Assembly: GCA_964016885.1 (NCBI GenBank) | Contig: OZ024742.1 | Coordinates: forward strand, 113,398,001-113,462,000 | From: Eledone cirrhosa | Lineage: Eukaryota | Direction of reading: 5' to 3' | DNA length: 64,000 nucleotides | Part shown: positions 1 through 14,029 of the stretch, piece by piece | How the letters are laid out: every line of letters begins with the position of its first letter | Numbering within the stretch: position 1 is the first letter of the stretch | Notes under the pieces: generated by a model | The model's database searches: none | What the model saw: only the letters and a program-made list of their open reading frames with translations | What the model was told of the DNA's origin: nothing | Translations under genes and position numbers: made by a program

Positions 1-2426
1 CCAGAACACTACTTGAAACTTTATCGTACTGGAATAGGACTCATTATAGTAAGTTCCTTATATATAATTTTATAGGCTTATATAAGCAAATTTGTATGTA
101 ATTTTACCAAACACATTCGATAAACAGAAAATGGCCTCAGCAATGAAGAAAAAATGCAGGCAGCACAGCGTTGATTACTTACGGTTCGGATTCATCCCAT
201 CGCCATCTAAATACTTGTCACCCATGTGTTTAATTTGCAAGGAGTCCTGTTCGAATGAAGCGATGAAGCGATCACGTTTGAGTAGACACCTGGAGGTGAG
301 GCACCCTGATAAGAGATATACATATTTAGTATACTTTCAGTCTCTTAGGGACAAATTTCAAAAAACAACACTAATTTCTTTTGCCTTTTCAAAAGTTGAA
401 GCTTCAAATGTTGATGGACTTGTCGCATCTTACAATTTTGCCAACGTAATTGCAAAGTTTGGCAAGCCCCATTCCTTGGGTGAAACATTGGTAGCTGCTG
501 TCATCTCAGACGTTCTTTCAACAGTACTACATCAGAAACCGTTAAAGACCTTGAAATGTTTTCCGTTAAGTAACGACTCAATAAGAAGACGCATGGCGGA
601 AAATGTTGAACACAAATTATGCAATAGCTTGAAATCGACACAATTTGCTTTGCAACTTGATGGAAGCACACTTTTCGGCAATCAGTCCTTACTACTGGGA
701 TACGTTCGATTTTCCACCAAAACGGAATGCACGAGGAGCTTCTTCTCACTCTGAATCTAGCCACAGATACTAAAGGTGCCACCATATTTGAATCTGTCAA
801 GGGATACCTCGAAGAAAAACAGATACCTATAACAATATTGTACGGCGCAATATGCTGGTCGACCATCATAAGGGTTTCGTCTCCCTTCTGAAGAGGGAAA
901 ATCCATCTGTATTTGCTGTTCATTGTGTCATTCATCGACAACAATTGGCTGCCATTGATATCATCAATTATATCAAACACCATGCCCTCGATGAACGAAT
1001 GTTTCGGCAATTGTGCGAAGATAATGACGAAGAATTCGTCGAGTTTCTCCTTCCTACTGAAGTGTGGTGGCTTTCAAAGGGCAAGTGCCTTACTCGTCTC
1101 TTTGAACTGTTCGACTCTATCATTGAGTTTCTTCGAGGACGCAACTCAGAATTGTACAAAAAAAAACTCTCACTGTGAGGCAAGACTGTGGCTACGTCGC
1201 CGACATCTTCGACAAATGCAATAGCCTCATTATGGCTTTACAGAGGGAGAAGATCACCTTGATTAAAGCAAGGAATGCTGTGAAAATATTCCTGGCCAAA
1301 TTGAAAGTCATCTAAAAGAATCTTTGTCGACAGGAATATTATAATTTTCCTAGTGTCGCCAATGTTCAAAACAAATTTATACCGCGCACCTCCGTACACT
1401 ACAAGATAACATAAGAGAACGGTTTGTCGACCTTTTTCAGATGGACATCCCAATGTGGATAGCAGATCCCTTCATAGCTAACGTCGACGTATTGGACGTT
1501 AAATTTCAGGAAGAATTCATTGAACTTAAAACAGATGACATTATCAAAATTAAATTTTCCAATATAGGTGAACCCCTTTTTGGGATGCAATAGGAAATTC
1601 AGCGTCGATTTCCACTCCTAGATACAGAGGCTAAGAGAATTGCTTTGCCTTTTCCTAGCTCATACTTAGTCGAGAGGTGGTTTGGCGCTGTTTCCAGACT
1701 GCATAGTAAGGCTCGCAACCGCTACAATGTCATTGCACTTGGAGATCGGCTACATCTTACGAAAATATAGCCTGACGTCAAAGAGTTAGCTAAACTTCAT
1801 GAAGCTCAAGGGTCCCATTGAAATGAGGTCAAAGTAAGTCGATCTTTTATTTGTAGTTGCAGTCTGACTACACTGGAAAACCATCTACGCCGATTCATTT
1901 ACTCATTTGTATATTTTACCCTTTACTAATGAATATACTCTCTTACGTGGTCATGAAAACCCCCTGCCGTGGTCTCCAAGCTCACAAAGCAGAGGGGACA
2001 TCAAGTTAGATATCAACATTTATTCGGTCCGTTTCAGTAAACGGAAAATTGGAAAGCATTGAAATAATATAATTGCCACTTTCTCCAGATAAGAGCATTC
2101 TTTAGATAGACAGAGTGGCTCTTGTATAAATGTTCAAAATAGCTGGTATCGTCTGGTTGGAATATAACAAATTCAACTGGTCCTTATTCATAAAAAAGAA
2201 CATTTATGTTCCTTTTTTGAAATATATATATTTCCTTTCAAGGAATGTATTTATACTCTCAGATTCCGGCAATAGTATCTTTGGAATATTGTTAATCATT
2301 CTTTTAGTAATCTACTGATATCAAAATCAGTAGTATATTGAAAAATTGAAAAACAGGGTATGAGGGCGTTTCGATATTTTGAGGGGCATAAGGAGGCGTT
2401 TGGCCGAAAGGAGTTGAGAACCTTTG
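1..2426 (+). mobile_element. hAT-superfamily (Buster/Charlie-type) DNA transposon, decayed; left end probably outside the window
   Basis: Contains the transposase remnant below. The right end GTTGAGAACCTTTG (2413-2426) matches the reverse complement of the Buster/Charlie-type TIR CAGTGGTTCTCAAC at 12/14 positions. Confidence 0.8.
131..1820 (+). pseudogene. Buster/SCAND3/ZBED5-like hAT transposase pseudogene
   Basis: BED-type finger (YLRFGF...PMCLIC...MKRSRLSRHL..RHP), PLSNDSIRRR, FALQLDGS, HCVIHRQQLAA, EVWWLSKG..L.R, FPSSYLVER.F and C-terminal PDVKELAKLHEAQGSH*. These are spread over several frames with stops. Confidence 0.9.
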
Positions 2427-2429
2427 GTT

Positions 2430-3060
2430 TCAGAATATGCAGTTACTTGTGATAAAATTCCTGCTGCTGTTGTGGGCTAGAGTTGCAGCAGATGTTGTAT
2501 ATTTTGTAGCTGCTGCTGAATTTATTGTCCGATGGGAGTTGTTTTTTCATGGGAAGGAGATATGGTCTTCCTTCCATCGCAGTCTGATGTTGGCAGAAAT
2601 CTTTGGGTTACATTTTTGCACCAAGGTCAGTGTAATTTGGTTGTAGTCTACGAAATATTTTGCATGTATGTTACATAGGAACACGTTAAACTCCTGGTCC
2701 ATTTGTATGTGTGGCTACATCCACATTCCAGACCAGGTTTTTCGTTTAAATTTCAAGACCTGTATTAAGTTTCATTTGTCTGTTTGTCTGTTTCTTTTCC
2801 GTGGTAATTTTTTGATATTTATGTTGTTGTTGATTTTGCCACTTCTATTAATGCAGGTGATGCTGATGATGATGTTATTGGTGAATCCTCGTTTAGGTGT
2901 ACTTCTGTGGATCCCTTTTTTGGCATTTGGACCTTATAAACGCTCGTTCCACCATATTTGATGTACCTTGATCTGGTGCATTTGATATGCATGTTTTTTT
3001 CACTCATATGTGTTTGTTTATTGTTAATTATACCACTGACTTTGAAAATCTAATCCAAAA
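2430..3060 (-). mobile_element. possible decayed LINE ORF1/gag-like remnant
   Basis: A/C-rich coding-like strand with broken ORFs and an EGRPYL-like motif. Loosely resembles 15450-17200; no diagnostic domain seen. Confidence 0.25.
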
Positions 3061-3364
3061 CGTGGACTCATTCTCCCTCGTAATTGCTTCACTCACGCCT
3101 GTTTCTAATCATCTCAGAGAGAAAATGCGTTCCTTTCATATCAGATAGATTGCTCGTCGAAGGATAAGCTATCTTCTACAAAGGAAAAAGGATAAGGTGG
3201 GTACATTAGTATGCAGGGCAATCGAGAATAAGAGGTGTGCATTCGATTGCCCTACATTCTAATGCACCAGTCTGAGGGGATCATAAGCCCTAAAATAAAA
3301 AAAAATTAAACGGTCTTTAGTCAATAGGGAAGCTGCTTATTCTATTTTCAATCGCCACTAAAAT

Positions 3365-3404
<40 letters not shown>

Positions 3405-3439
3405 AGTGTGTGGTTGTGTGTGTCGGCATATGTATGTAA

Positions 3440-3551
<112 letters not shown>

Positions 3552-3609
3552 TAAATCCGTCTCAAAACATGGTATGAAGCGACTGAGAGATAAGGATTCG
3601 GCATAGAAA

Positions 3610-3730
3610 GGACGCCAGCTATGTATACTGGGGCAACGTGAATTTAAGTGCTTTGCTCAAGAACACAACACATAAACCAGCTCAGGAATTGAACCCACGA
3701 CCATATGATCGTAATTCATGCACCTTTACT
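3610..3730 (-). mobile_element. tRNA-derived SINE fragment
   Basis: AAGTGCTTTGCTCAAGAACACAAC...GGAATTGAACCCACGACC, which gives a B-box-like GGTTCAATTCC on the minus strand. Confidence 0.6.
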
Positions 3731-5963
3731 TTAACATACATATATGTATTAATTTAGAGAGAAACAGAGAGAGAGAGAGAAGGAGAGATAGTGCGATATT
3801 GAGAGCGAGAGAGCGAGAGAGAGAGACGTACATCCCCTTCACCATGTTTATAATACCTGTACTCATATTGTGCGATATATAGTGCCATGTATGCACATAA
3901 CATCTCCATAAATCTATTTTAACTTACGAATTATCTGCATCGCTAACATGTGATTGATCCTCACTGAAGATTAATAACATTCATGATTTAATTTTATTTA
4001 ACGATCTCACATAGAGACTGAATGTGGTGCAACATCATCGCGTCTCGAAATACGTATTCGTGCTTATTAAATTTTGAACTGAAGATAATATGGAGGATGT
4101 ATATGAAGGTGTGTGGGGTGGACGTGTGAAGTGGATGTTATATTACAAGGTTTATACTAATGGCGCAATGATTATCTTCAGATCTCCAGTCATCAGCCAC
4201 TCCTATAGTAAATATATTAAAGCAGACATTGAGCGCCACTTGTTGATTGAGAACCTCAATAACTATTTTTTTGTTTTTAACTTATAATATACAACGATTT
4301 TTGTACACGAATCTTGAAAAAATATATTTGGTAAGTATATCTTCTTTTTCATTTAAGATGCTGTCATAATATTTCACAATTCCGAGTACTATATTTGATT
4401 ACGAAGTCACGAAGGTAATCATCAGTTCGGCGCCTGATTAAAGTATTGTAAAGCTCGTTGTAAATATCTTGTTATTGCAAGTAATACATGTCTCCTAATG
4501 CAAGCTCCCTTGAAGATTTCCTTCATATCAAATTAATTAAATGTATATATACTTGAAACTCTCGTTGAGAAGCATTGCTAATAAAAAGAAAGGCAACGTA
4601 AACACCACTTTAATGTAAGTAATCATTTAATTGTTAAAACATATTTCATTTCATTGACGGTGGTTTCAATTGATCGATTTACTAATTCCAGTTTAGATTT
4701 GTATATGAATGATTGGACATTCAACTTAGATGGCTACACAATCCGTCTGGAGGGTTTTGGAATACCATTTCTTTTATTGAATTTCGATCAGAAAGATTTG
4801 TTTGATTAGTTTCTACGATAAAACATGAATAACTTGTCCCCTTTATTCCTAAGTGAGAGGTATATCGTTCGGGTTTTCTCATCTTTAGCCATTAAACAAC
4901 ACATTTTTAACAACTGGGGTCTTATTGATGCTATTCCCTACTTTTTCAACATAAATAAAGGGAATATATGTCACCACTAATTACCTATTAATCACGTTTT
5001 AAACTCATAATGCATATTTACATATTTACCGTCCTCGTTATTTATGGTGTTTATACCTGCTAGCCTAACTGAAAGTGTTATGAGGAATGATTCCTTCAAT
5101 CGAATTATATTCCTGTGGTGTTTCCCCTAATCTAATTGTGTGATCTGCAGTAGTGATTTCTTATTTCCCTCAACATATAAATTTCCCATTAACAAGAATA
5201 TATACAGAACTATTAACATTTGAGTGTTTAAATGCAGGCCATGATCTCAATGTATATATATATATAAACTATTTTATACAGAAGAAACAGATAGTGTCGC
5301 AAGTATTTCCGATAACGGTGCCTTAGAAGGAATCCCAAATAAAGTTTTGTGGAACAGCAGGAGCTTTTAGGAACGCGCGGAAGATAACTCCATAGATTCA
5401 ACGATGTACTCAGGCTCCGTAGACACAATTAATATAGTAATAAAGACATCACTACAAGACAACTTTCCAGAGTGGAATTACAACCCCACAAAGTAGCGAC
5501 TGAGTACAACATAATGGCGCACATAAATCTAAAAGGAGACGCAGACATACTCCACTCATTTAAATTACATAAAATTAAACTAGGAAAAGCAGATTGATGG
5601 GGACAAGAGATAACGAAACATGCACACATACTCATATAGTATTGGAGGGTACTACGTTATATTCATTCACACACAGATGTACAGAGAGCCTTACACGCAA
5701 ACCATACACAGAGAATCAGAGAAGTAACAACCCATGCATAGGCACGAACACGCATTGCAGACGAAACACACATCATACAAATACAAGATGAAAGAAGGAG
5801 AACAAGATCAGAACGAAGACGCGACATAGTGGATTATGTATGATTATTAATAGGATTACGGGTTGTGTGACAAAAGAGGTTAGACAATTAATATTCTAAC
5901 AATCAATCGCTTATTAAAATAACCGATGAATGAATTACATGTATATATAAATCTCTCTCTCTC

Positions 5964-5994
<31 letters not shown>

Positions 5995-6989
5995 ATATAT
6001 AATAAATAAATACAATATCGGAGGAAGCTTTTCAGCGATACTCCGGCCAAAATCCAACTCACTCAACAGACATTAGGAAATAAGTGATTATATTCCCAAG
6101 TGTGTGTTCGGGGTGCTAACTAAAAGTATTGCGTGGAAAATTGGCCGTATTATTTCAAATGAGACATATCTAATATATCTCTTCCCAGACGGACGTCTCG
6201 TTTCATTATAGGACTCCTACAATTTAGGTGAAATTAAACCAATTTATGTAGGAGCTTGTATACCATCAATAGATATATATTCAAGTGGGCTCCTATAATT
6301 CATCAATGGGTGCCCCAATAATACTAATATTGATAATCTAACCAACATCAGCATTTAGGGATAATCACTTTCTGTGCCTGAGGTATCTGTCAGGTAGCCA
6401 GTCCAGCAGTTCTGAAAGAAGTGCTGGAACTGATTCAAAAAATGAGGTGAAATATATATATATGTTGAGAAATTATTTGATTTGTGCTATTTATGCTATT
6501 TTTTGTATGATATACACTTACTGTATTACTTTGACAAAATCTGGAGTTATTCCCCTTGTGATTTCCATACGTGGTTTAACTTACCACCGTGTCATTCACT
6601 TATTTGGTACAGAGCGAAATATTTGTTGATAACGTGATATTCCTTGTTCGATCATTATACCCAAAGCTTATATTTTTAAGCAGACTGTATTTTGTTTTAG
6701 GTGTCACAGAAACTCTACATCGGATTTTAACACCAATTCCGGGAGTCCAGGTCTGGTTATCATTTATTATTTATCATTTATTTTCTATTGACCTGTTTAG
6801 CTTGATTTGGTTTTTTGGCTTGGGTGGTTAATGGCTTCTTGACCACCTTTTCAGTTTTGTATGGCTTCTTAACACGTTGATTAGCTCTGTTTTTTAACTA
6901 TTGAGCAGTTTGCCAGTGTCATTTCTGATTTTTGCGTTTCGTTTCGCCTTTCCTGTCCGCCGAAATGCGATTCTCACTGAATCTTTTTT

Positions 6990-7040
<51 letters not shown>

Positions 7041-7545
7041 GTGAGGGAAGTGTCTCAACGTGAGCATATGTGTGTTTAGATGTTTTTTCTATGTACTTAA
7101 ATGCTGGAATATATTTGTGTTTTCACGTATTTCAATACACAGCGCATATTTGATACTCTTACTTAATTTTATATGTAGCATGTTGTGTACAATTTTAACG
7201 CTCATTTCCAAACATATCAGAGTGTTTATATATGACACAGTGTTCTTCTGTTGCCTTACCAATTCATAGGTTTGTTTTTCAATCTCTATTTTCTAATGTG
7301 ATCTCTTGTACCCTCTACATTTTCCAATCTCCTGCACTTTAATAAACGTGCATTCTATACATTCCGCCTGATAACGGTTGTATAGCATGTTAATTTATTT
7401 TCTGCCTCTTACTTCGTCAGTCTCAAAAACACATAAATGTTCCTTTGATTTGTATTCATTATCATCGCCAAGGACGCCGTCAATATTACAGCTAAGACCA
7501 TGATCGTTATTCATCAACGTTAATAACTGGACATGCTGTAAAATA

Positions 7546-7595
<50 letters not shown>

Positions 7596-7650
7596 TACGG
7601 TGTGAAACGATATTCAATGATTATGTCAAATATATTTCATATATCATTAT

Positions 7651-7703
7651 ATTTCGTCTGATGAGGAGGTACTGTTGTACATGCGAAATATGTATAATAA
7701 AAT
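7651..7703 (+). ncRNA. degenerate type I hammerhead ribozyme motif
   Basis: atttcgt CTGATGA g-gag-gtac-tgtt-gtac-atg-c GAAA tatgta TA ataaaat. Core intact, stems I and II mismatched. Same family as 28629-28689. Confidence 0.55.
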
Positions 7704-7735
7704 GTAATTGATCAACAGAATATCTATTTTATTAA

Positions 7736-7771
<36 letters not shown>

Positions 7772-7776
<5 letters not shown>

Positions 7777-10465
7777 AAAAGCAGATAATTGATTATTGTA
7801 ATCCAGTTCGTGTTTAAGACAAAAAAGCTGCGAACTAGCAATGGAATTATTGTCTAAGCGGACAACACCTCAAATGTGGATACGATCGATATTAATACAT
7901 ACAATAGCTTCATACGGAATGAATTACATAGGAAATACAGAAAAAATTAACGAGACGGCACTGATGAACATCAACGACGAGGCACACAATATACTCAAGC
8001 ACCTAGGAATAGAGGATGGAAAAGAGTCCCTTTAGCCTGTACCCCCACATTTAATCTCAAGGACCATAAAGTACATTTTGATTATAGCCCCACAATTATA
8101 CATATATGCCCGTCCAAATCTGACATTGGGAAAATTAGTAAACATACATTAAATAGAATAATAGCACAAATGAAGAATAAACTAGTGATTAAACTATGGG
8201 ATAACACTACCAACACAATTATATGGTTTAACATATAGCTGACAAAAAATCATCTAAGTTTATACAATTTGACATTAACGACTATTACTCCTCTATATCA
8301 AACAATGCCTTGGATAAAGCCTTAGCATTTGCCAAAGCCAACTGTGAGCTGACAGACGACGAGATAAAAAGGATATTAGGTGCTAGGAAAACAATAATTA
8401 AATTTGAAAACGCCTATTGGGAACGTAAATTAGATAACTGACATGACGATGGGGTCTAATGACTCGGCTCAGGTCACGGATATAGTAGGTATTTACATAG
8501 TCTATGGCTTACATAAGGAATTTAGTGACCTTCACGGTGGAATCTACAGAGGCGACGCTCTTCTTCTAGTTAAGAACCTAACTAACCAGAGCATAGAAAT
8601 ACTGCGCAAGAATATTAGAAAGACGCTCGGCAAACTAGGCCTTAGCATAACGTATGAATATAGCACTAAATTAGTTAACTTTCTTGACGCGACGCTTAGC
8701 CTAAATACGGGACTTATAAGAACTGTTCACAAGAATAATGAAAACTTAGCATACATCAACTGCAATTTGAACCGCCCGCTCTCCATAATTAAGTCCGTTC
8801 CACGCAGCATATCCCTTAGGATCACCCGCCTCTCGTCTAACCGACAATTCTTCGAGGAAAACGCGTGGTAGTACAATACTGCACTAGATAAAGCAGGCCA
8901 CCTAGATAGAGTAGAATATATAGACGAAAGCGTCCGCAAAGTACACACGAATAGGCATAACACAAACTCCAGAAACACCCGCACACACGCATTTACGCAT
9001 AGAACTACCAATTATATTGAAAATAGAAATACAACATCAACATCAAACAGGTCACGCAGTAGAAAATATATTTGGTATAACCCTATATTTAATATCTCTA
9101 CCTTCTTTAGAATAATAAATAAGCACTTTCCAGATTCACATAGATACAGTAACATCTTTAACACTAAATCTATCAGACTATCTTACTCCACTGCACCAAA
9201 CATAGAGGCACACATTAAGATTCTTCACGCTAAAAAGATACTTAACAACACCAAACACAGATTTATAAGAATAACAATACCATTACCATCGAGCACAACA
9301 GAATATCTAATACACAACCACCCAATAGAAGGTAAAGAAAACGTAACACACATGTACAGGTATCGCAGCCCAACAATGCCAAAGTTGCCCATGACAAACA
9401 TTGTAATTGCCACCTACCTGAAACCCGTCCATTGCATAATACATGTATGCAGTCTAACCTGGTATAGCGATGCACGGTCGAATTAGACAACCAGAAGTGA
9501 TATTACATCGGAGCGACTGAGAATACATTTAAAGCTCGTTGGTATACATATCGTTACGCAATGAAACATTCCCAACCTCGTTATGTAACTACCCTTGCGA
9601 ATAAGACCGGGCAACTGTGGGAAAGTAATCATCAATACACCCTAAAGTGGAAGAAATTATCGAACGCTCCTGCATAGTGGTGCGGTATGAGAAGCTGTCG
9701 GTTGTGTGACCTTGAACTGTTCCACATTTTGAGTTCGAAGAATAAGTTACTCAACAATAAAATTGACAGATCAAGTTATTGCAACCATAGACTTAAAGAA
9801 AAATGTTCGCACTACAAGTACAAATCGAACCCTTGATCTACTACCTCCTGACAAACTGCATATACTTAGACTTTATACACTCTTATTGAATCTAATCCAC
9901 AGTAACCAATACTTATGTCCCTCCCTCATCATTCATTCGGTTTTTTTCTTTTTTCGTGTTCTTCTTTTCATCCCTTTCTTTATTTGTGTTCTCTTTTCTT
10001 TTCTTCTTTTTTTCACTTCCCCTCCTTTATACATATATTTATCTCTCTATTTCTCCCTCCGCGCTCTCTTTCTCTCTCTCCACTTCCGACTGTAAACAAT
10101 TTAATTCTCTTTAACTCCCTACACGGTAAATTGACGGCATCAAGTCTACAAATCAAAACTGATCGAGGAATCCTTCCATCTTTACCCCTCCCTCCATCAC
10201 GGTTTGTCCCTCTACTTCCTACCTGTTCTCTCCCTTCCTCTCTCTCTATACTAGTAAATACGAATCCCCCAAAAATGTGTTTTTTATATATTAATAACCT
10301 TTTACTAGAAACTTATTTATTTTGAAAATTTGGAGGTGAATAACATTTATTATCGATTGGTTGGTGTTTGCAGTATAGCGATATAATTTTGCGCTTACCA
10401 ATGAAACGGTCGTAAATACCTGTATAAAATCCTTTTCTTTAATGCCTACCTGTGTTTTCTCTTTT
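7772..10465 (+). mobile_element. Penelope-like retroelement (GxYRDDG-type RT + C-terminal GIY-YIG), 5'-truncated and decayed, with 3' UTR/pLTR
   Basis: LKDHK..F, CPSKSDIGKISK, IQFDINDYYSSI, MTMGSNDSAQVTDIVGIY, GGIYRGD, NFLDATLSL, NIIWYNP, CNC...YYIGATENTFKARW and CRLCDLE. Many frameshifts; bounded by (TA)n. A decayed HHR-like remnant (GAAACGGTC) lies near 10345-10420. Confidence 0.9.
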
Positions 10466-10585
10466 ATTATATATATATATATATATGAAGTAATTCCGTC
10501 GGAAAAGGCAAGCAAAAAAGAGTGCTCTATGTAGGTAACAGAGCTTAATTATTATTATTATGTAATACACAACATAAGGCTTTTA

Positions 10586-10646
10586 TTCCATTTACCAGTG
10601 GTTTCTTAAAAGCAAAAAGGTTTTGCTTTCAATCCTCAGAATGAAA
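10586..10646 (-). ncRNA. type I hammerhead ribozyme
   Basis: Minus strand: tttcatt CTGAGGA ttgaaagcaaaa-cct-ttttgcttttaa GAAA ccactgg TA aatggaa. All core residues, 12-bp stem II, GUA cleavage triplet and a paired stem I. Sits in a short segment between (TA)n tracts. Confidence 0.8.
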
Positions 10647-10679
10647 AAATCCTGGTCTGTTTATATATATATATATCTA

Positions 10680-10807
10680 TATTAAAATAACAGATTGAAG
10701 TTTAAGCAATGAATCGCTGCTTTCACGCTTAACGGGATCTTCAGAATATCCCGTTAAGGGTGAAAGCAGCGATTATTTGCTTAAACTTTAATCTGTTATT
10801 TTAATAA
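10680..10807. repeat. inverted repeat with about 59-bp arms; another copy of the arm at 59690-59742
   Basis: tattaaaataacagattgaagtttaagc...taacgggat / atcccgtta...gcttaaactttaatctgttattttaata. Confidence 0.85.
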
Positions 10808-11829
10808 ATATTTGCTCTACGGTTCTTATATATTTGATATATATTTATTCTTATCGATCCCTCTTTGGACTTTAGTCTTCACATTTATTATTATTACTCT
10901 CTCTCTCTATATATATATATATAAATTAAATACTCATAAGGACTCAAATACACACATAAACACACACACACACACACATATATTTGTGTGTGTGAGTGTG
11001 AGTTTAGGTGTGTGTGTGTGAGTATTTCTCCTCCTTTTACATTTTCATCTTTTTTAGTTGATACATAACATCATTATATTTATAATCAAAGTTTTCCCAT
11101 CACTTCTACACTCCTATCCACGACAGCTCACTGGCTTCAGTTATAGAATATATTCTTACCCATATTACAGCAACAATACTGTCCACTACATTTACAACTA
11201 TTGTGGAGAAAAGCAATTGTATCATTATTCCATCTTACACAAATTTCGTGAATTGAACTAAAATACCATGATTCGCTTTAGATTTTTATGTCTCATTTGA
11301 CCTTTACATGTAACTTGCTTTGTTTACTTTGTACATTAAGAATAATATGCGGAGTGTTCTATCCAAAATATTCGCACTATAGCCGTTAAAATATGTATAC
11401 CTAAACAAAAATACAATTCCAGTAGCAGAATGAAGATTATGGAGTTAGAATTGTCAATATTAGTATTCACGATGAGCATAATTTTTATATCAGTTTCTGT
11501 TTCAAGTAAAACGGTACTTCACATTTATTCAGTGTAGTGATAACCATGCAATATAGTATTTACAGTGATAGATGGTCATTGTAACCAATTCACTGAAACG
11601 TAGTCATTGTGCGCACTAAAATAAGACAGAGACTGCGTTAACAATTGGGAGGTAAATAGTCATTCAAAACGTTTCAGCCTTAGAAGTGTAATTGAAGTAG
11701 GATCATGATATATTGCCAAAGTGATCATACCAGAGAAGAATACGCTATCAAACAGACATGTGCTTGTGAGGTTGCTGAATCAGGTTGGTCACGTAAACTA
11801 TTATTATAGGTCAGAAGGAAAGAAATAAT

Positions 11830-12025
11830 AAGGGCGGTAAATTGGCAGAATCGGTAGAGCATCGAATACATTGTTTCGTGCATAGAGTTACGGTCTTTTG
11901 CGTTCTGAGTTCAAATCCTTACTGGGTCAGTAAAATAAAGTACCAGTAACACACTGGGATCGATTTAATTGACTTTTCCCTCCCCTTCAGATTGCTGGCC
12001 TTGTGTCTATAATAGAAATCATTAG
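11830..12025 (+). mobile_element. tRNA-derived SINE (octopod-like family)
   Basis: A-box-like TGGCAGAATCGG, B-box-like GTTCAAATCC, conserved AAAATAAAGTACCAGT and tail ATTGCTGGCCTTGTG..TAGAAA, all shared with other copies in the window. Confidence 0.8.
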
Positions 12026-12032
12026 TACTAGT

Positions 12033-12071
12033 ACTAGCATAAAAACCGCCCCATGGGCGGTTTTCTGCTAG
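12033..12071. repeat. CTAG-terminated palindrome (Helitron-end-like), related to 63893-63933
   Basis: ctagcataaaaaccgcccc atg ggcggttttctgctag. Confidence 0.6.
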
Positions 12072-12189
12072 CATATGTAGTGTTCGTATTGATTTTATAC
12101 GCAAATATATATGCTTATAGATATGATGTGTAAATTGACACACTAATTTCTGAGAAGGCGGTGGGGGCAGAGTCCTCCTAAAACACACT

Positions 12190-12780
12190 TTCCAGTTAGT
12201 CTGTCAGAAGCAAACATCTCTAATTGATACAGCTGGATCCCAAAGCGTGACCAACCAAGCTCATGGATGTTATCCAACTCTCTTGCTCGGGGTCTACCTT
12301 TGGGTCATTTGCCAGTTGGTTTTGACTATACGATCTGTCCAGCGATTCATTCCTGAGACATTATAACCACTTGCCCATAGTATTGGAACTGTGATCTCTC
12401 AATCAGAAGAAGTAGCGGCTCTACCAGGAGTGACTCTCTGATATCTGAGCTATGCCTTTTATCGAGTAACGATACTCCAAAGAACCATATGAGGAGTGAC
12501 TCTCCATTTAAGCCATTTGATTTTGCAATTGTATTCTTTCTGTCATTATCCAAGATTCATGACCCTCAGTAAGGGTTGGCAAACATACCAGGAAGACAGC
12601 GAGTTTGGCTCTTACACCTACCTCTCATCTTCACATTACAGAATGCTGAAACTGGCGCATTACTGCATCATCTTTTGCAATTCTCTCACTTAATTCAACC
12701 TCCTGCCTTCCATCACTTATGATGTTTGAACTTCTCCAGCTGCTTCAGTGGAAATCCATTCACATGTATATACATTTGAG
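12190..12780 (-). mobile_element. RTE-clade LINE 3' fragment
   Basis: GVSLLDKRHSSDIRESLLVEPLLLLIERSQFQYYGQV..M and RPRARELDNI are typical of the RTE C-terminus. Frameshifted. Confidence 0.8.
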
Positions 12781-12911
12781 CGACTTCTATCCATCCGTCT
12801 GTCACAAAATGTGTATGTGTGTTTGTGTGAATCTATCTGTGTAAAATGAAGGAAGGGGACACACACGTATATGTCTCTAGCTTAAAAAAGGGACACATAT
12901 ATTATATGACT

Positions 12912-12950
<39 letters not shown>

Positions 12951-12952
<2 letters not shown>

Positions 12953-13892
12953 ATGAGACGTATAGGGATTGTTTTAGCAAGAAGCTAACGGCATTCTATA
13001 ACATATATATGCGACTATAACGTCAAGATGGGAAAAGTAGTTAACGAAAGATTTAGGAAAAATAACTCAAACTCATCTCAAAAGAGAATCAGGATACAAA
13101 TTCATCTACAGAATTTAGTAAAATCCATGGAAAAATCTATAGACCTTTAACTCATGATAAAACAAAGTTTGAAACACTTATCCTTCAATTTGGAATAACA
13201 TCAAATGCTCTGTATAGTCTTAAAAGACTATTTCATGAAAACTTTCAGTGGAGATGGTCACGGTTGGAATATCATTCATCAGCAGAGCTCAACAGAAAAC
13301 CAGGGCTCTCACAGTAATATAGTCCGAAAAAGGGAATTCTAAAACTGGCTAGTTCCCCTTCATGTGTATTTATGAAAAAGCACATGAGGAAAAAACGGGG
13401 CTAGTGACGTCAGGATGGAAGTGAATGTTTATTTACAAGAAATAGCAGTCAAATACATTCTGAAAAAAACTCTACAAGGAGTTCAGCAAAATAGCAATAA
13501 TTATCACAGTTTTTATGAAAAAAACCGGGATTAGTCACAGATAGTTTAAGCACTCTAGGAAAAGAATCCGAGTATAAATATATAAATGAGACGTATAGAG
13601 ATTGTTTTAGCAAGAAGCTAACGGCATTCTATAACATATATGCGACTATAACGTCAAGATGGGAAAAGTAGTTAACGAAAGATTTAGGAAAAATAACTCA
13701 AACTCATCTCAAAAGAGAATCAGGATACAAATTCATCCACAGAATTTAGTAAAATCCATGGAAAAATCTATAGACCTTTAACTCATGATAAAACAAAGTT
13801 TGAAACATTTATCCTTCAATTTGGAATAACATCAAATGCTCTGTATAGTCTTAAAAGACTATTTCATGAAAACTTTCAGTGGAGATGGTCAC

Positions 13893-13893
<1 letters not shown>
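12951..13893 (-). mobile_element. non-coding 1.5-unit tandem (unit about 632 bp) carrying a hammerhead; pLTR/retrozyme-like; flanked by (TA)n
   Basis: 12951-13263 is repeated almost identically at 13584-13893. Full HHR at 13207-13288; the second copy is cut off inside the HHR. Confidence 0.85.
13207..13288 (-). ncRNA. type I hammerhead ribozyme, canonical core
   Basis: Minus strand: gctctg CTGATGA atga...tcat GAAA tagtctt-tt-aagacta TA cagagc. 6-bp stem I, 4-bp stem II with a long loop, long stem III, AUA triplet. Confidence 0.88.
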
Positions 13894-13975
<82 letters not shown>

Positions 13976-14029
13976 CACACACATATATATATATAACACA
14001 CACACACATCTCAAATTTAAGAATGCCGA

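Noticed and set aside
501-1010. 169-aa minus-strand ORF
   Set aside because: Antisense shadow of the hAT transposase.
6030-7000. Possible PLE/pLTR remnant with a TTGATGA...GAATATATATC motif
   Set aside because: Too degenerate: the stems do not pair and no clear protein motif survives.
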